Origin: Candidatus Dormiibacterota bacterium
GTDB lineage: Bacteria > Chloroflexota > Dormibacteria > Aeolococcales > Aeolococcaceae
DNA: 64,000 nt
NCBI GenBank assembly: GCA_963751755.1
Contig: CAVVVH010000007.1
Span: forward strand, 43,556 to 107,555
Direction: 5' to 3'
Each line of letters starts with the position of its first letter. The stretch's first letter is position 1. Of this stretch, positions 60,905-64,000 are shown piece by piece. The position numbers and the translations under genes are program-made. Under the pieces are notes generated by a model. That model worked only from the letters and a program-made list of their open reading frames with translations. It was not told the DNA's origin and did not search any database.

Positions 60905-63176
60905 CCTTCTCGCGCGCCGGCGGCTCTCAAACAGCAGCACCCCGGCCGCCCCGACAGGCAGCAGCACGGCCAGGGGTACCTCTGGCGCGGTGACCGGCGG
61001 CGTGAGGTCCGCGAAGACGTCGAGCCAGTGACGCTGGCCGTTGGTGTCGATCCATCCGCGGGTGTTGCGGTCGGGAGCGGTCTGCGGGCTGCCCGAGAGC
61101 GACATCCACGCCGCGGGGGTGACCACGGAGCCGTCCGCGAGCTTGACCGCGATGGCCGGGCCGGTGGCGGTGAACGTGGTGTTCACGGTGCACCCGATCG
61201 ACGGCGGACCGCCCAGCGGGTCGCGTGACAGCGCGCCACCGGGAAGGACGTAGCGCCCCTGCTCGATGTCCTCCGGGGACTGCGCGGCCCCTCCGAGGTT
61301 GTCGAGCAGGGGAACGGCAGCAGAGCCGATGGCGTTGGCGGCGCCCGAGCTCGCCGACTCCGAGTCGTCGGAGTGCCCGCAGCCGAAACGATCGGTGCCG
61401 CTGGCGCTGGGGTTGCTCTGCGGGTACTCGCCGGGCACGCCGACGCCGTTGCCGCACGGGAAGATGTACCCGGCCATGTCCTCGCCGAGCCCGTCGATGA
61501 ACCGGTACGTCGTGTGCATGTGCGGCATCAGCCAGGGAGGCAGCGCGTACGGGTTGCCGGATGCGCAGCTCAAGCGCCGGCGACGGCGGCCCGCCGCAGG
61601 CCCCGCTGCTGTTCGGGTCGGGGCAGGGCATGTCCTGCGGGCCGAGGAAGCTGCGCAGGAAGGTGAACGGGAACACCTCACCGGGGATCGACACGAACGT
61701 CCCGTCGCCGACGCGGAACGCCGCGACGTCGCTCTGGATGTACGTCGCGGTGACGTTGCCGGTCGGTGGCACCGGTAGTGGCTGGGTGCAGCCGGGGTCG
61801 GCGTAGCCCGGCCGCTCGGCGAACACACCCGCCAGCCCGCCGACGTCGAACAGCGCGTTGGTGACCAGGATGCACACGCTGGCGCGTGCACCGGCGATGT
61901 CGTTCCCCGTCGACGCTGTCCCCGCCGACAGCGCGCTGTGCACAGCGGCGGCCAGCTGGTTGCCGAGCGCGACGTCCTCGGTGTAGTAGCCGAGCTTGAC
62001 CGCGCTCGCCTGGTTGGCGGTGAACTCGGTCCTGCAGCCGGCGGGATGACTGGCATCGACGAACTGCTGCGGCGTGCGGCTGACCGCGGTTGGAAACACC
62101 TGCGGCGTCTCGTTGCTGCCCACCGACCCAGCCATCTCGATGGCGACGCCCCCGTAATCGGTCTCGAGCTGGTGGCGGAACCAGTACGGCCAGTCGGCGC
62201 TCAGCCAGGTCGTCTCCTGCTGCAGCGTCGTCGGCGACGGCGCGTTGGGATCGGCGGCGCTGCCGCCGTTGAAGCCGAGCGTCTCGGCGTGCTGGCTGAC
62301 GTCGCCGAGCGTGACGATCACCTTGTGGGTGGTGGCGTTCACCGCCTGCAGCGTCGGCACCAGCTGGTCGTCGACGAAGGGGTACGACGAGAAGCACTGC
62401 CGGAAGGTGGCCGGCTCGATCGCCTCTCCGTACGTGATCGTGGCCGGCTGCATGGCGTTGTACGCGCTGACGATCGCCGCTGCCGCCTGCGCCTCCATGA
62501 AGGGGACGAAGTAGTTGTTGGCGCTCGAGGTGGCGCTGCTGACGCCGTAGAGGCCGATGGTGTCCGGCGCCGACTCGTCGTGTGTCGACGAGATGAAGAC
62601 GTCGTTCGGGTGCAGGGCCGCCCCGGCCGGCAGCAGCTGCCCGACCATGGTTCGGATCGCCTGCAGGTAGACGTTGAAGGCGCCCTCGTTGTCCAGCACC
62701 TCGACCGCGATGGTGCGGGTGCCGTTGCCGACCACCATGGCGCGCGCCCCGACCGGGTCGGCCACCTGCGTGTAGAAGCGCGGCGCGTTGCCGCCGCCGC
62801 CGATGAAGTTGCCGTCCCAGCGCCCGTCGGCGTTGCAGTCCAGGTAGGGGTCGCCGAGGTCGTAGTGGCCGGTGGCCTTCTGGTCGACGTAGGGCTCCTC
62901 GAACGCGAACAGCCGGCTGCCGGTGTACACGGTGCTGTCGAGGGCGCCGCCGCAGTCCGCAGGGTCGACGAACCCCGCCGGCGCCGGCGTGCAGTGGTTG
63001 GCGGCGGCCGAGCCGTTGGGTCCGCAGTAGGGCGTGTAGCTGCGCACCGCCGCACCGACGGTGAACGGCGCTGCCGCGGCGTGAACCACCATCGGCGACG
63101 CGGCCCGGCCACTCGTGGCCGCCATGGCCAGCGCAGCCGCGAGCGTGATGAACGTGAGCCCTCGACGGGTGCCCAT
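60890..63176 (-). pseudogene. Large secreted protein of unknown family with a C-terminal TM anchor, one frame break
   Basis: The ATG at 63176 follows GGAGGAG. The signal peptide is LTFITLAAALAMAATSGRAASP. The N-terminal ~520 aa are in ORF 60927..63227. The C-terminal part (GNPYALPPWLMPHMHTTYRFIDGLGEDMAGYIFPCGNG...) is in ORF 60890..62056. The break is at ~61560-61600. The tail is TPPVTAPEVPLAVLLPVGAAGVLLFESRRRARRSARG. Confidence 0.65.
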
Positions 63177-63592
63177 CTCTCCTCCCTTCCTGGGTCCGGA
63201 GTGTAGCGCTCGTAACCGCCGCCGCAAAGCTATCGTTCAGGTCACACGCGCAGGTCTTCCCGGACCGAACGACGTCTACGGCGCAGCGGTGGCGCTGGAT
63301 GGCGACGGGGCCGTCGCCGCGGTGGGCGCGAGCGCCGTCGACAAGACGGGGGCCGTCATCGTCTTCGACGGCTCGACCCCGAACTCGCCCCAGACCCTGC
63401 ACTGCTGAGGCGCAAGCTCCAGCACCGCTGGGGCACGATTGCGGCACCGCCGCCCCGGGACGCTCGTCCTTTACACCCCCCCGGCCAGGTGCTAGCGTCG
63501 CGGCCAACGACCGTCGGCGGCAACGCCGGGGCGCTCTCCCAGCTCACGTCCTCGCTGCGCCTTGTGGCCGGGTCGCGCAGGGAGATCCAGCA

Positions 63593-64000
63593 GTGCCGGA
63601 TCGGACGTCCATCCCCAGCATGGTCGTGGCCGGCACCGGGTCGGGCGCGGGCAAGACAACCGTCGCGCTGGGGCTCGTCGGCGCGCTGCGCCGCCGTGGG
63701 CGGAGCGTGCAGACGTTCAAGGTCGGGCCCGACTTCGTCGACTGCGCGTACCTCGCGCATGCCAGCCGGCGTCCCTGCCGCAACCTCGACTCGTGGATGC
63801 TGGGCCGCGACGGCGTGGTGCACTCGTTCGCGCACGGCGTCGCCGAGGCCGACTGCGCCGTCGTCGAGGGCACCATGGGGATCTTCGACGGCCACGGCGG
63901 CACCGACAGCGCCGAGGCGGGGGCGGTTCTCTTCCCGGGCAGCACCGCCGAGCTGGCCCGGCTCATCGGCGCGCCGGTGGTGCTGGTCGTCGACGTCGCC
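63593..64000 (+). CDS. cobB: Cobyrinate a,c-diamide synthase (CobB/CbiA), N-terminal part; the gene runs off the right edge
   Basis: A GTG at 63593 follows GGGAG. The product begins VPDRTSIPSMVVAGTGSGAGKTTVALGLVGALRRRGRSVQTFKVGPDFVDCAYL...NLDSWM, which carries the P-loop and FKVGPD motif. No stop lies in the window. Confidence 0.85.
   Translation, partial: MPDRTSIPSMVVAGTGSGAGKTTVALGLVGALRRRGRSVQTFKVGPDFVDCAYLAHASRRPCRNLDSWMLGRDGVVHSFAHGVAEADCAVVEGTMGIFDGHGGTDSAEAGAVLFPGSTAELARLIGAPVVLVVDVA

Noticed and set aside
63115-63408. An ORF whose translation (DVYGAAVALDGDGAVAAVGASAVDKTGAVIVFDG) is faintly like an FG-GAP repeat.
   Set aside because: It is a single degenerate repeat with no start context or signal peptide, and it lies in the promoter region of the divergent genes. 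At best it is a decayed fragment.
63228-63592. A possible cobalamin riboswitch upstream of the cobB/cbiA-type gene.
   Set aside because: I could not find the conserved B12-box (GCCACTG-type) or the GGTGC...AGGGAA...CCGGTG core on either strand. An Rfam scan would settle it.

Overview
This is a high-GC (about 70%) chromosomal segment that looks actinobacterial. The basis for that call is the GlgE alpha-glucan pathway operon, a mycothiol-type maleylpyruvate-isomerase family protein, many 4-nt start/stop overlaps, frequent GTG starts and a likely leaderless promoter. I did not recognise any rRNA, tRNA, CRISPR array, transposase or integrase, so the window reads as core and accessory chromosome rather than a mobile island.

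Recognisable content:
- purM-purN-purH
- a glgE-treS-mak-glgB operon
- aconitase and recJ
- a partial cobyrinate a,c-diamide synthase gene at the right edge
- a VapBC toxin-antitoxin pair
- two sigma factors, one next to a YciI pair
- several transporters (MFS x2, EamA, a DrrAB-like ABC exporter, a LysE fragment)
- regulators (GlxA/AraC, ArsR, TetR, XRE)
- several secreted or membrane proteins of unknown function

The most striking signal is at sequence level. Ten otherwise well-conserved genes carry 13 reading-frame breaks in total. Five of those breaks are the same event: one extra T that turns GAGTC into GAGTTC. Two of the five sit inside an identical 13-mer, GGAGTTCGAACCT.

Candidate novel biology:
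- a membrane-tethered Mrr-type nuclease locus at 21.0-25.1 kb
- an XRE-controlled pair of paralogous Cys-rich membrane proteins
- a seven-blade Cys-pair repeat protein
- a shared C-terminal sorting-signal-like tail on two secreted proteins
- a dense palindromic operator array upstream of a HicB-like/DUF4097/ABC operon

All family assignments come from motif recognition by eye. No database search was run.
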